Of a stretch of 64,000 nucleotides of DNA, positions 36,782 through 63,700 are shown in pieces. The notes below the pieces were generated by a model that saw nothing but the letters and a program-made list of their open reading frames with translations, ran no database searches and had not been told where the DNA came from. The DNA is taken from contig OZ231126.1 of the NCBI GenBank assembly GCA_965153355.1, positions 3,038,001 to 3,102,000 of the forward strand, read 5' to 3'. Positions within the stretch are counted from its first letter, which is position 1, and every line of letters begins with the position of its first letter. Source of the stretch: Flaccisagitta enflata. Its lineage: Eukaryota. The position numbers and the translations under genes were made by a program.

Positions 36782-38965
36782 AAAACCAGAAGAGATTCCC
36801 AAATACCTTGGCGTCCATAACTTCCCATCGGTCTTTTTCTACATCGTAGCGTTGAATGAGATCGAGAAAATTTCTGGAATTCCAAGTGTAACCCCCAATG
36901 TTACAGATAAATCTGCAAAGAAAAACATTTCTTATTAACAATCAGCCGGGCTCTGGCTGGATCAAAAATCATGAGGCCTTTTCCATTGAAGTCTTTTATA
37001 GCAGCATTCAGGATAATCGATGGGTGGTGGGGGTAGGGGTGGGGGGAGATAAGGATGTGTGGAGGCGATGCCAGGAATAACCTCCTTTGAGAGGGGTTGA
37101 AAAGGACAGACTTAAACTGACAACCGTGTGAAACAATCGTTTCAATATAGCCTGATCCTGAAACCTTACTTTGCCCGTTCTGTCGAAGTAAATGACCAAC
37201 ATGCAACAATGCAATCGTTTGCACATATATTGGGATTTATAGACCGGCTTACCCGTGAAAGTAAACAGGGAACGTGTGACCTTGTCCGCGACACATGGAA
37301 GTGAGAGTCGTCCATTGTTCCGTGTCGGGGTCGAAGCATTCCGTGCTCAACGCGTCGCATCTCAATGCGTTGCTGTTCACGTAATTGCCACCAAACACGT
37401 AAATCTGCGGGGACAGATCCCGGGACGGAGTACAATAAATAGCTAGCATCTCCTTGTTTTAAAATTGGATATTGATAAAAGGCCATCTCTTATATCATTG
37501 ACACCGCTTCCAATGACCAGTTGGAAGCTTCAGCTTCTCGTTATGTTTTATTATTAGCACTATTCCTAGTTTTTTTTTGCTCAGGAATGTTTATCAGTCG
37601 AACCTTTGGCCATAGTGTGGGTACCGCTTTTTGGGCAGCGGCCCCGAAGGGGCCGATGACCACTGCTTTCACACAGGAGAAATTTCTCACCTCCTTCTCC
37701 TTCGTACTCCCCACCCCGCTTTTCAGCCTCGAGGCCTAACTCCCAGCCTCAAGGGCCCAACTCCCAGCCTTGGCTCAATTCCCCAACCTTGAGGCTCAAA
37801 TCCCAGTCTCGAGGCTCAAATCTCAGCCAAGAGGCTCAAATCCCTGCCTCTAAGCTCAAATCCCAGCTTCAAGGCCCCGATTCCAGCCTCCAGGCTCAAA
37901 TAAAAACAGCATAGGTCATCGGCTCCTTCGGGGCCGCTGCCCTATGCTCATCTCACCCTCATACACTCACTTAGGGGCAACGGGTACCGCCGACCATCTA
38001 ACGCTTTTGCGACTATTCAAACACTACGAGCAGCCATTTCTCTCATAAATTTCTGACTCGACCAAAACACACCATTGCCGCCGCGCGGCTGCAAAGCATA
38101 CTCACCATTGTAACTCCAATGAAGCATGCTCACCATTGTAACTCCCATGAATGTATGATCACATCAATGAATGCACATTAACTGATGATTGATGAAGCAA
38201 CAGCAACATAGCTATGCAGATTATCAATGCTGATTCTGGCAACAGCGACGAAGACAAATTTACCTTGTCGTTGACGGAGACCATTCCATGATACATCCTG
38301 GCACGCATCATGGACAGCTTGGACGTCCACTGGTCTTCGCTCGGGTTATAGCACATGAATTTGTTCGAAACGTGCCCAGAGAGCGATCCTCCACTAAGCA
38401 TCCGTGAGAACAGAAAATACTTGTTAATCGCGGTGATAAGTGGGCTCTATCTTCTTAACACCACGCAAATGAACAAAACAGAACAGAACAGGCGAACCAG
38501 ACAAATCCACAGAAATCCAGCGAACACGTTCTTTAATCATGTGAATAAAGTATAAACATCACCACATGGGCAGCCAAGATCTACTTTACCTAATGTAGAC
38601 GTTCCCTTTGGCCACGCAACCAGCGTGTCCGTGCGTCGAAGCCGAGAGGGGAGCAATGTAGTCCCATTTGTTCTTCTTGAAGTCGTACTACAAATGAATT
38701 GGAGAGTATTTTTTTGATGAACCACGCCACGTGAATCATTTTCAACGCTTGTCTGACTGGGCCGTTTTGAGACAGTAGTTACCGATGTACATAAGATATC
38801 ATCAACAATCTCCAGATCGTCACCTTCTCGGCGGTGGAAAGAGATCCGAATCTGTTCCTGCCTCCGACGGCGATAACGTGGTGGCCAACGGACATGGCGC
38901 AAAACGTGGCACGCTCCTCGTTCATTGACGCCATTTGCATCCAAGAGTCGAAATTTGGAGAGTAT
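36521..38965 (-). CDS. Kelch-like (KLHL-type) protein, C-terminal kelch-repeat exons only; 5' exons absent
   Basis: Exons 38824-38965, 38590-38687, 38264-38393, 37253-37404, 36807-36912 and 36560/36521-36622 are GT-AG and phase-compatible: [146 protein letters not shown]../[22 protein letters not shown]../[16 protein letters not shown]. Canonical kelch GG, Y and W spacing. Confidence 0.9.
37632..38017. mobile_element. gggcagcggcccc-family non-autonomous element in a kelch intron
   Basis: gggcagcggccccgaaggggccgatgacc pairs with ggtcatcggctccttcggggccgctgccc; central gaggctcaaatcccag repeats; cgggtaccgccgaccatctaacgcttttgcgactatt end. Confidence 0.75.
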
Positions 38966-39094
38966 CTGTTGTTAAGAAGGTAACAAAGGATGATAGAATG
39001 AAGTTTGAAAGAGACAAGAGCGTGTCAACTCCATTGATTGATCAGGTTAAAAGATTGACAAGCAGGCAGGTACACATTGTGAAGCAGGCGGATG

Positions 39095-40223
39095 ACAATG
39101 CCCGTCTGTTTGTAATCTTAGCCTGTCAATCGACGAGTTGGCACACGCTCTGTCTGAAACTATCGCTGTTGCAGCAACAACAGTACTCTCAAATTTCGAC
39201 ACTCTTAATTCTAAATAATGGGCGAGCATGCCACATACGCGCAATATCAACCTGCGACGCTGGTCGAATGCTCCTGGCGATCTGGAAGATTATTGATGAT
39301 ATGTAGCCATCGGCTCTGTCAAAACGACGATCAGATGGCGTTAATGATATTTAAATATATTCATTTATGGCTGGCAAAAAGGCAAATATACGACAACTCC
39401 CTCTCAGCTCGACACACGAACACGCTGATTGCTGCATCTACGACCAGGTAAAGAAACGGGGCTCTTGGCATTATGTGACGATATTTGCTACTATTCACAT
39501 GATTAAAGAACGTGTTAAGCTGAATCTGCAGTTCATTAATTTCTATTCTGTTCTGACTGTTCATTGCGTGATTATTAAATGAAATTACTGCATACCGCGA
39601 TCCTTTTCTGTTCTCACGGATGCCCAGTGGAGGTCAACTCTCTGAGCACGTTTCAGACAAATTCATGTGCTACTAACCCGAGCGAGCGATGGACGTCCAT
39701 CTGTGCGTGCCGAAGGTCGTGATGGTGCCCGAAAACAAATTTGTCTTCGTCACTATTATCAGCATTGATAATCTGCGCCTTGCTGTTGCTCGTCAATCAT
39801 CGGTGTGTGCATTCGTGATGATCGCCATTCATGGTACAATAGTGAGCATGCTTCATTGGAGGTGCAATGGTATTATACTTGCAGCCGCGCGGCAATCAGT
39901 GATCGAGTCGAAATTTATGAATAATGTAATGTTTGAATAGTCGCAAAAGCTTTGGAAAACCGACGTACCGACAGCTGGTGTATGAGTAGACCTGGTGGGG
40001 AAAGGCGACGGCGTGGTGACCTATGCTGTTTGAGCCTGGAGGAAGCTGGGACAACTGGATTTGAAGCAGAAGGTGGCCTCTTGGCTGTCAGGCGCTGGAT
40101 TTAACACTCAGGTTGGGATGAAACCTCCAGGCTGGAGTAGGCCTTGAGTGAGTGCCGGCAGGCTGAGGGGGTGCGAGGAAGGAGGAGGGAGAATATCGTC
40201 ATCCGGCATAAAGGGCCGCCTTA
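39095..40223 (+). other. Garbled, deletion-rich mirror of 37631-39080, including scrambled kelch exons
   Basis: Recognisable but corrupted fragments, e.g. ttctgttctcacggatgcccagtggagg..caaattcatgtgcta and attcacatgattaaagaacgtgtt. Clean identity resumes at ~40224 (aaaagcggtacccacactatgg). Confidence 0.85.
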
Positions 40224-40449
40224 AAAGCGGTACCCACACTATGGCCAAAGGTTCGACTGATAAACATTCCTGAGCAAAAAAAAACTAGGAATAGTGCTAA
40301 TAATAAAACATAACGAGAAGCTGAAGCTTCCAACTGGTCATTGGAAGCGGTGTCAATGATATAAGAGATGGCCTTTTATCAATATCCAATTTTAAAACAA
40401 GGAGATGCTAGCTATTTATTGTACTCCGTCCCGGGATCTGTCCCCGCAG

Positions 40450-41072
40450 ATTTACGTGTTTGGTGGCAATTACGTGAACAGCAACGCATTGAGATGCGAC
40501 GCGTTGAGCACGGAATGCTTCGACCCCGACACGGAACAATGGACGACTCTCACTTCCATGTGTCGCGGACAAGGTCACACGTTCCCTGTTTACTTTCACG
40601 GGTAAGCCGGTCTATAAATCCCAATATATGTGCAAACGATTGCATTGTTGCATGTTGGTCATTTACTTCGACAGAACGGGCAAAGTAAGGTTTCAGGATC
40701 AGGCTATATTGAAACGATTGTTTCACACGGTTGTCAGTTTAAGTCTGTCCTTTTCAACCCCTCTCAAAGGAGGTTATTCCTGGCATCGCCTCCACACATC
40801 CTTATCTCCCCCCACCCCTACCCCCACCACCCATCGATTATCCTGAATGCTGCTATAAAAGACTTCAATGGAAAAGGCCTCATGATTTTTGATCCAGCCA
40901 GAGCCCGGCTGATTGTTAATAAGAAATGTTTTTCTTTGCAGATTTATCTGTAACATTGGGGGTTACACTTGGAATTCCAGAAATTTTCTCGATCTCATTC
41001 AACGCTACGATGTAGAAAAAGACCGATGGGAAGTTATGGACGCCAAGGTATTTGGGAATCTCTTCTGGTTTT

Positions 41073-41104
<32 letters not shown>

Positions 41105-41333
41105 CCGCTTCTGCTTCCATTTTACTATTATAATACTTTTCGCTATCCTTTCTCTTTAGAAATCTCGGTAATTAGGCGCCTATCGAAGTCAATAGACTTG
41201 CTATTCAATATTCATTATGCGTCTCTTTCAGGTGTCCAGAAACATTGCGGGAATCATGTGCTGCACGTTGCAACTTCCCCCTCGAATAACTCAAGTGAGT
41301 CTTAGAAAGATCATGCCAAACGAACAGCTGTAA
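40450..41333 (+). CDS. Mirror copy of the last three kelch-like exons (40450-40601, 40942-41047, 41232-41294/41333)
   Basis: Reverse-complement identical to the left-arm exons; the upstream exons on this arm are corrupted. Confidence 0.7.
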
Positions 41334-41369
41334 AATGGTTTAGACTGGCTGAGAACGGCATCTCATCGG

Positions 41370-41538
<169 letters not shown>

Positions 41539-41627
41539 ACAGACACACACACAGACAGACACACACACACACAGACACACACACACACAGACTCACAGAC
41601 ACACACACACACACACAGACACAGACA

Positions 41628-41708
<81 letters not shown>

Positions 41709-44700
41709 AGGGAGACACAAACACACACAAGGAGAGAGGGAGACACACATACACACACACACAAGGAGAGAGAGAGACACACACACACACAAGGAGAGAG
41801 AGAGACACACATACACACACACACAAGGAGAGAGAGAGACACACACACACAAGGAGAGAGAGACACACACACACACACAAGTAGAGAGAGAGAGACACAC
41901 ACACACACAAGTAGAGAGAGAGAGACACACACACACAAGGAGAGAGAGACACACACACACACTTAAAATAAAACGAGGCCAAGTAGGCCAATAAGGTGCG
42001 ACGTGTGGATCGTCGAACGAATGCGTTACCCGACCGACCAACTGACAGACCGACCGACGGACACAGCCAGTTATAGAGGTGCTTTGTCGCACCTAAAATT
42101 AAAAACAAAATCCAAGTAAAAAAAGGTCTGTTTTAGACACATAGTTGGAGGGTAAAACGATAATACCGACATTTTATACTGGATGTCATTTCAATTTCAT
42201 AAGCGCTAATAAGAGCTTCTGCGGTTTCCCATAATCTTTTAACCTATTTCATATTTTCAATTTATTTAAGGCCTACGGAAACGATCCTTGAATGGCTTGA
42301 CTCCTCACGCAATCGAGTGCTAAATTGCCGCGTCGAAAAAAACCAATTAGGAATTATGAATACGCAGATTAAACTGAATTAAGAAAAGAATTACCACATT
42401 GCTTCGACAATATTTGTCCTGTGTTTCATTTCCTTTGATCGTACGTATGTTTTCCTTTTATGTATGCTTGCTCTTTTCCCCGCCCCCCCCCCTTCCAAGT
42501 GTCACTAATGCGTAAAGCTGAGGGCTCAGCCAACAACGATTGAAACGTGTTTGCCCGTTTGACTCCTCGCGATTTTAAAATTTTTGCGTGTCACGGCGTT
42601 TCGTACCCGTTACTTCTACAATTGATAGTAATGATAGATCGCAAAATGTTACTATGCTTGGAGCTTGGTACCTCATGGTTATCGCTCGTCTAGTCGATAG
42701 GAAAAATAATGCCAACTACGATTCCCTTACGGTATCATATTACGATTACAACTTCCTGCACTATCCTAGTTATAATCACTATTGGAAAGGTCTTCAGGTT
42801 TTCCCACAACTAAAGATGCCAACGTCGATTTTTGAACCACACATGTCGTCAGAAGAGACTACTGGGCCAATACGTTTTAGAATTGGCAGGAATCCTCCTT
42901 GGATAATTTCTAATTCCATTACCTACTAACTATGGCAAAATAAAAAAAGACAGTAATTTTCAAAATGATATTATGAACTCATTTTTCAGAGCAGCTTTAT
43001 AATTTTTTAGACTAAGATAGTTTGTCAAATTTGCTACCTGGTTAAAAAATCAGATCTTGAAAAAGTTGATTTTTGCGCACATTTGCCAGCATTGAGTTTT
43101 GCAAAATTTGTCAATTGAACCATCGCCAAATAGGTTTCAGTTTAGATCCAACTTTGAAAATTTACTCTGAGCTCAACTTTTAGAGCAAGATCAATATTTT
43201 TAAGATGGTGATAGCAGGTCACAAATTTCTAACACAGCAAAAAATCAGAATTCAAAAAAGTGTATTTTTATATCTTCTACATCAATTCTTGCAAAATCTT
43301 TTAAAACTAGATAACAGTACTAGACTTTTTTTATGGTCAATTTACAAAAATTGATGATACCGATGCAAATAATACACTTTTGAGTTCTGATTTTTTTGCT
43401 GTGTCAAAAACTTGTTTTACTATCACCAACTAAAAAATGTGAAGCTACTAAAAAGAGTGAACATTTGAAATCATTTCAAGATAAATGTTTTTCATTTTGG
43501 CCATCCAACTTCAACTGATTTTACAAAAATTGATGTTACAGCTACAAAAATAAACTTTTTTGAGCTCTGATTTTTTCGCTGTGTCAGAAATTTGACATGC
43601 TATCACCATCTCAGAAATTTTGATCATGCTCAAAAAATTGAGCTCACAGTCAATTTCAAGTTAGGTCTAAACTAAATTGAAACCAACTCGCTTGTTGTTC
43701 AATAGACAAATTTTGCAAAAATCAATGCTATGGGTGCAAAAATCAACTTTTTCAAGATCTGATTTTTTGGCTAGGTAGCAAATTAGACAAACTATCATGG
43801 TCTAAAAATTATAAAGCTGCTCTAAAATGAGCTCACAATATCATTTGAAAATTATATTCTTTTTTATTTTGCTTTACCTATTTATTTGAAATTCTATCTT
43901 TGGTCGCAGTTGTGCTAGCTTATGGGTGTAATATCGCAGGAGTCTGTGGGCCAAAAAAAATGGTCAAAAAGTTTGACACATATCAGGCTATGACGTTGAT
44001 TCATGCCAGATTTTATGACTAGGGGCCCGGTAGTTTCTGGGGACGTTTGTGGTTCGAAAATTGGGGTTGACATCTTTAATTCTGGAAAAACTTGTAGTAG
44101 TTTAATTCCACATTTTCAAGTATGTTTGGGCCCCTTTTTTGCAATGTCATTAAAGAAAAATCTTTCACCCATTCCATCTAGTCTTACCCCTCCCCTTTGC
44201 TTTCCATTCAATTGTGCTGAGCCTTCAGATTTCCGCAGGGGAAAAGTAAGAATTCTTTACATTGTGTCTTCTTGATCCATATCTTGTATTTATAGAAAAC
44301 TAAAGTTTCTATATCTTTATACGCTGCATCAAAAACGAATACATGAGTACTGATTTTTCTTCGTCTCCTTGGCGTTTTTTTTTGTTTGTTTTTGTTTTAA
44401 CGGTTAGAGTAGCAGTGAGGTAAGGTAGTGAAAACTAGTCAATGAGATACCCGTTAGACCAAGAGAGATACCGGTTAGATGATTCCTTGGCCAGAGACAG
44501 TATCAAGCTCCGACGGTGATCAAACATATACAGTACCGGAATCAAAGAACTGGTGATAAGGAGGGAAGCCATATCTCTTCAATTACAAGGATATGAGATC
44601 TGAAATTTTTCTGTGGTGTGCACCTATAGTACCCCCACCCCCATGAGGTTTGGAGCTGTTCAGGCAATTTTTGTTTTTGGTTGTCAAAAAAAATTTTTTT

Positions 44701-47700
44701 CTAAAAATTGCTATTGTAGGCTAAAAAATTTATTTCAAAAATTGTCTTTTATGTTAGATATAGGTAATGCCAAGAGCTACAAATTTCATTTTTTGAAAAA
44801 TATTTTCCGCCAATTTTTAAGGGAACGACACTAAAAAAAAATTTCAAAAATGAAAAGCAGCTATAATTTCCTAAACGATTGGCTTAACATGATAATTTTG
44901 GCATGAAAGTAGTCACACAGAACTTCAATGTGTATGCAAAATTTCAACAGTCCATAGTTGTGAATTTTAAAAGAGTTATAGCATTTTAAAATTTTAATGA
45001 TTTTTGTAAAAACCATTTTTTCTGTAAAATTTTTTTGTCAACCATTTACTGTAAAATTTCATATACAAACAAAGTAACTGATGAATTTTTAGTTCCAAAA
45101 AAAAATTGGCCACTGTGACCCCTTAAAAAAAATTTTTTTCTCAAAAATTGCCAAAATGACCCATTTTCCAAAGTTGAATAAAAACTGTTCCTGTCATCCG
45201 ATCATCTTCATTTTTGGTGGAGTTGTTTACCTATTATCTACCCCTAACTTCACCTAAAATTTGACTCTTATGCATAAGCAGTTTGCGGAGATATTGGCGT
45301 TCAAAGTTACTTTGTCAGAGCAAAATCAGCAAAATTGGCATTTTGGCTATTACGAGTTTGTATAAAATTCTATTTTTCTTCTAGAGACCTCCATTTTAGC
45401 TGAAGTTACTAAGGTTTAAGCATATATTCATATTCCAAAATTTCGCACTTGTCAGCCAAGCTATTTTAGGGATATGATGGTCCAAAATTTCAAAAAACAC
45501 TAATTTTTCAACAAAGATTGCAAGGAAAATTTTTCAAAAAAATTTTTAAAAAAAGGTTGTCCTCCGGGTTTTGGATCTGGGTGAATTAGATAATTCCCAA
45601 TTGTGTTGAACCCCCCTTTGAAAACCATTTTGAGAAAAATTTTTGCTTATTTTTTTCCTGAAGATTTGGTTGAAAAATTGGCATTTTTAAAAACTTTGGA
45701 CCATCATATCCCTAAAACGGCTTGGCTGACAAGTGTGAAACTTTGGAATATGAATATATGTGTAAACCTGAGTAACTTCAGCTAAAATGGAGGTCTCTGG
45801 AGGAAAAAACATCCTATGCAAGCTCAAAAATAGCCAAAATGCCAATTTTGCTGATTTTGCTCTGACAAAGTAACTTTGAAAGTCAATATCTCCGCAACCG
45901 TTTGGCGCAGTGAGCTCAAATTTTAGGTGAAGTTAGGGTAGATAATAGGTAACATAACTCCACCAAAATAGAGATGATGGATGTGGAACAGTTTTATTAA
46001 CTTTGAAAAATGGGTCATTTTGGCAATTTTTGAGAAAAAAAAAATTTTTTTAAGGGGTCACATGGCCAAAATTTTTTTTGAAGCAAAAATTCATCAGTTA
46101 CTTTGTTTGTATATGATTTTAAGAAAATGGTTAATGAAAAAAAGTGCTTTAAGCCAGGAAGAAATGGTTTTAAAAATCATTAAAATTTCAAAATAACTAT
46201 AACTCCTTTAAAATTCAACTATGACTGTTGAAATTTTGCATTTACATTGAAGGTTCTCAGGACTACTTTCATGCTCAAAAGTATCTTATTAAGCCAATTA
46301 TTTAGGAAATTATAACTGTTTTTCATTTTTTTGAAATTTTTTTTTTTAGTGTCGTTCCCTTAAAAATTACTTGGAAAATATTTTCAAAAAATGAAATTTG
46401 TAGCTCTTGGCATTACCTATATTTAACATAAAAGAAAATTTTTGAAATAAATTTTTTAGCCTACAATATCAATTTTTAGAAAAATTTTTTTTTGACAGCC
46501 AAAAACAAAAATTGCCTGGAAGAGCTCCAAACCCTTACATAGGGTGGGGGTACTATAGGTGCACACCACAGAAAAATTTCAGATCTCATATCCTTGTAAT
46601 TGGAAAGATATGGCTTCCCTCCTTATCACCAGTTCTTTGATTCCGGTACTGTATATTGTTCTGTATCATGAAAATCTAGTAAAAAAACCACGTCAGAATG
46701 CAGCAATTTACATATTTGGGGCTTTGTAATTTTAGGGATTTGGATAAACAAGGCCGGATATACGGCTACCTTAGTCGCTTGCTTGTGGGCAGGGGCGGTG
46801 AAAAAAAGCTAAGCGTGACCGACGGACGGACCAACAGACAGACGGACAGAGCGGTTGTAGAGTCGCGTGCACACGACTAAAAATGAAAGGTGAATTCAAC
46901 TCTCAACATCTTGAAATTCAGTCCTTGCATGCACTATGTCTCTGATGTTGGTCTCATCAAGAGAAACTTTAGATCAAGTTCGTTATAATGTACTGATTTA
47001 AATTTAGAAAGTAGTCTGGGTGGCACTCGAGGTGGCCGAAGCCACCCCGGCCACTCTAAGTGCCACCCCAGCCACTCCAAGTGCCACTCCAGCCTGAACC
47101 TACCTCAGGGTGGCCGGGGTGGCTTTAACGATAAGGCAGGCCTGTATATTGTTTCGTATTCCCCCCCCGGTGGGGGAGGGAAAATAATCAAAGGGTTTGG
47201 AGAAAGGGAAGGAAAAAGAAGGAGGAAAAAGAAAAAAACTTGGGAAAATATAACTTTTGTAGTAAAATCATAAAACATGATAAATTAAACACAATTCTTT
47301 TCTTTAAACCTTAAATACCCAGTTTTAGTGGTTTTTACTGAGGAAGAAAAACATTGATTTTGGTAGCAACGGCGATAAATCATAGGGAAAACTCAAAAGG
47401 AGGAAAATAATCAAAGGTTATGGAATTATATACACCCCTGCGATAAGGTGGCTACAATTTACTATATACTAAATTTACCTTATTCAAAACTTACCTCATG
47501 CTAAACTTAGCTTATATTGAACATACCTAATGCTTAATTTACCTTTAACTATCCTTATACTTACCTATCCCTAAACTTAACACTAACCTATCCTAATACA
47601 TAACTATCCTTTTACAAACCTATCCCTATACATACTTATCCCTAAACTCATCTATCCCTATACCCACCTATCCCTATACTCACTTATCCCGATACTCACC

Positions 47701-48698
47701 TATCCCTATACTTACCTATCCTTATACTTAACTATCCCTATATTTATCTATTCCTATATTTACCCATCCCTATATTTATCTATTCTTATATTTACCCATC
47801 CCTATATTTACCCATCCTTATACTTACCCATCCTTATACTTACCTATCCCTATACTTACCTATCCCTATACTTACCTATCCCTATACTTACCTATCCCTA
47901 TACTTACCTATCCCTATACTTACCTATCCCTATACTTACCTATCCCTATACTTACCTATCCCTATACTTACCTATCCCTATACTTACCTATTATTTATCC
48001 TTATACTTAACCATCCCTTTACTTTCTTATCCCTATACTTACCTATCTTCATATTTCAGATGCCACCCCGAGTGCCACCCCGGCCACCCCAAGTGCCACC
48101 CCGGCCACCCCATGATTTCAGGCCATCTCTTGGCCACCCCTCCATGCTGGGGTGGGGGGTGGCAATTACATAGTAAACTTAAATCAGTACATTATAACGA
48201 ACTTTAGCCGAAACGGATTATCGACAAAGAAGCAGGTCCTTAAGGCTGAAAAAATGTCTTAACTCATTGATTTCGATTATGTGAGGCCAAGGATAAGCGA
48301 ATGGCGCTTAATTAGCGATAAGCGCCTAATTACAGTTCAGCTCGTGCGAAGATTATCTTAAGATATAATTCGAAGGAGGCTGAGCGGAGAAAAGGCGATA
48401 AGGAGGCTACAGGTTGTGCCAGAAACTGTTTGCATCGACGAGTCTATCCTTCATCTTCGTCTTTAAGAACCAAGGCCGTACACACGTTAAGTGAGTAGTC
48501 GCTTGCGGGTGGGCAGGGGCAGCGATGCCGTTGGATGTGGGCAGTTTTACGTTTGCGAGGGCCGCACTTCTATAGCAGGGCAGGGGCAGCAATGCTCATT
48601 TCGGCCCAAATTTCGCTTTTCCGATCTTCCCAGGGATACAGCCTCTTGCTCGGTCGCTTGGCTAGCGTCTAAAAACGCGTTTATTGAGGATAAAATAA

Positions 48699-60756
<12,058 letters not shown>

Positions 60757-63700
60757 GTATAGTAGTAGGACATTTGTATTCTTGTATATTATGGGAATTT
60801 GAAAATCTCTCGAACTCTAGTGGGAAGGTGAGAAGTTGCTGTAACGTCAGCATTAAGAACTTAATTTGCATAATGCGGTTTTAACAATACCAATAATTCA
60901 AACGGCACACTTTGGGCAACAGTTGATGGAATTGGAATCGATACTAAAAATCATTACACTGCATTTACTTAGCGCAGAAGAAAAGAGAAATTGCTTGCAT
61001 GAGTGGAAGTAATAAATTTAGTTCTTATTACCAAGGGTAAAGTGAGATGATAACCACGTCTTGAATATATTCAAAAGAAATCTATAACAAGTGGAATTAG
61101 AGGAACTGGAGGTTTTTCAGCATTGATTTACTTTCTATGACCTCTGAGCTACCCATTTAGCTTCGCATTTATTGCTCCTAGATACCAGCCAGTGTTCTAA
61201 CAGCGTCCAAGAATCACTAAGCCAATCTAGTTGCTTCTAGATGATTCTAACGATTTCGCAAGATAATCTAGCTAATTCTAGTTTAGAAGTTAGAGTGCCT
61301 GCTTTTCTAGCTAATTTTTACTACAGGGAATACCCCGCCAAAAGAGACAAAAGAAAACGATGTAATTCTGCATTGGAAAAAATATTTCAAATCTGAAAAA
61401 AAGTGTTAAAAAGCACTATAAAACGATTTTATCCTATTCTGATACATTATAACCTCCTAACGGTTTTGGCCCTAATAGAATGTGTTTTAAAAACATTCAT
61501 TTTGAAAAAAATCGTTTCGTCAAATTTCTCTCATTCAAAGCAGCTGTACCTGCATCTTCCATTCAGTATCATTTCTAAACAAATTGAGCTAAATACATGA
61601 GATTGGGCTCATATCAAAGATAATTCAAAAAATTTTATGAAATTGATGGAACAGATACAGTGGAGACATTTCAAATCAAGAAAACTGGTTTTTTTCACCA
61701 CTTCTAATATGTTGCTCAAAGAAGATGGATCCTCTGAGTTGTCTTCATTAGTCTAAATGTTTAATTTTTAAAACAAAGCGAGCATATCTAAAATTTAAAT
61801 TGAATTTGAATCAAGTTTGGTAAAATCCTACAATTTTTGCTCAATATCTTAATGGGAACCACTAATTTTATGTTCAAAACCATTAAAAATCCTCAATATT
61901 CCTTTGAAACTTTTAAAAAAGCTGTAGTTTTTTCAAAACGATGTACAGTAAAAAACGATGTACAGTAAAAAATCGTTTTTTAGGAGCTCTCTGGATCTTT
62001 TTACAAAATTGATCTACTATCTCTAGAAGCAAAGTTATGTCGTTTTCTTTTGTATCATTTGGCGCGGTATTCCCTGTATTTCCCCCTTTTTTTTCTCAGT
62101 CGAAAACTAACTGTTTGGTGACTAGACTTGTCATGTTTTTAGGTGCGACAACGCTCCTCTTTTAAAAATGTCTGTGTCCGTTGGTCGGTCGCTCGGTGGT
62201 TTGTCGGGTAACGCATTTGTTCGACGTCGCACGTCGCACCTTATTGGCCTACTTGGCCTGCTTGAACCTATTTGTTACCATTAATGATTTATTACCATTT
62301 TTAACATAGTTGCTCACTTTGGCTGCGGCCCCAAAGGGCCCATGTCCTGTAGGACAGGGGCAAATTCCATATATAAATTATATATGTTCTTCCGCACATC
62401 TGCCCTCCCCCACCTCATTTAGCCAGAAATTTTAACCCCTATTGAATGACATAGAAAATTGACAAAAACTGAAGAGTACAAAAATTCAAATTTAATAACA
62501 TGAAAAAAAGTCAAAAATTGCCGCAAAAGCGTTAGATGGTCAGCGGTACCCGTGCCCTGCTTAAGTAGGTTGTGGTTGAAGTTGAGGAGGCAAGAGCAGC
62601 GGCCCCCAAAGGAGTCGATGACCTATGCTTTCAAACATATAGGGGATTTTCTCCTCCCTTCTCTATCCCCCTCCTCCTTCTCCACCTCCCTCCCCAACCT
62701 CAGGCCCCTTATCCCAGCCTCTAGGCCCAAATCCCAGTGGAATCTGGGCTTTGGGATTCAGGATTTGGGCCTTGAGGGTCAGTTTGGGCCTCAAGACTGG
62801 AATTTGGGCCTCAAGGCTGGGATATGGGTCTCCAGGCTGAAAAATGGGCCTCCTGGCTGAAAAATTGGCCTGGAGGCTGGGGGGAGGCTGGGGGGAGGAG
62901 GAGGAGGAGGAGAAGGAAGGAGAAAATTCCCATATGTGTGGCATGGGTCATCAGCCCCTTTGGAGCCACTGTTAACTAGAAAAATCCCCATTAAATAACA
63001 TGAAAAATTGACAGAAAATGCATAAATTCCCATTGAATAACTTGGAAAATATATAAAAAATGAAAAAAATCCATTAAATAACATAAACCGCTGTCCTGCT
63101 TACTCTCAACTTTCATTAAATCACTCCCAGCAAGGCATCGGGTACCACTGGCAATGTGCGATCCTTGGATGATTACTTTCCATTATTCGCTCATTTTTTG
63201 TTCATTTTTTGTAATCTCTTTTTAAGCTACAGTAGATGTCGTCTAGACTTGGAAACACAGAATTCATTTACAGGAAGATAAAAAAAAGTTAAGAAGTGCA
63301 AATATTTGGAATATAAACTAATAAAGGATGCTTTATTGCCCAGGGGTGTTGGTTGCCATGGAAACACATTTCCATGTATTTACGCTAAAGTATCAATTTT
63401 TTGAGAAATTTTTAGAGGGAACATTGTTTCAAATAAAATTTTCCACAACTTTCCCTGAATATGTTCTGTAAGAATATCGCTGGTTGGCGGTTGCTGTTAG
63501 GGAGCATCACAGGGCTGTCACACATGTTGCCTCCCTAGCAGCGGCTAAGCAGGCATGTTCTTGCAGAACATACTGTGGGAAAGTTGAATAAAATTTTATT
63601 TTAAGCAATATTTTCTTTTTTTTTCTACTGCAAATGGAAAGGTAAAGGCAACATGTAAGCAGCAGACCAAAACTGATCTTGGATAGTTGCAATACACAGT

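Noticed and set aside
38935..39940. ORFs across the palindrome apex as a novel fusion gene
   Set aside because: They are intronic, antisense or garbled sequence with no recognisable protein features.
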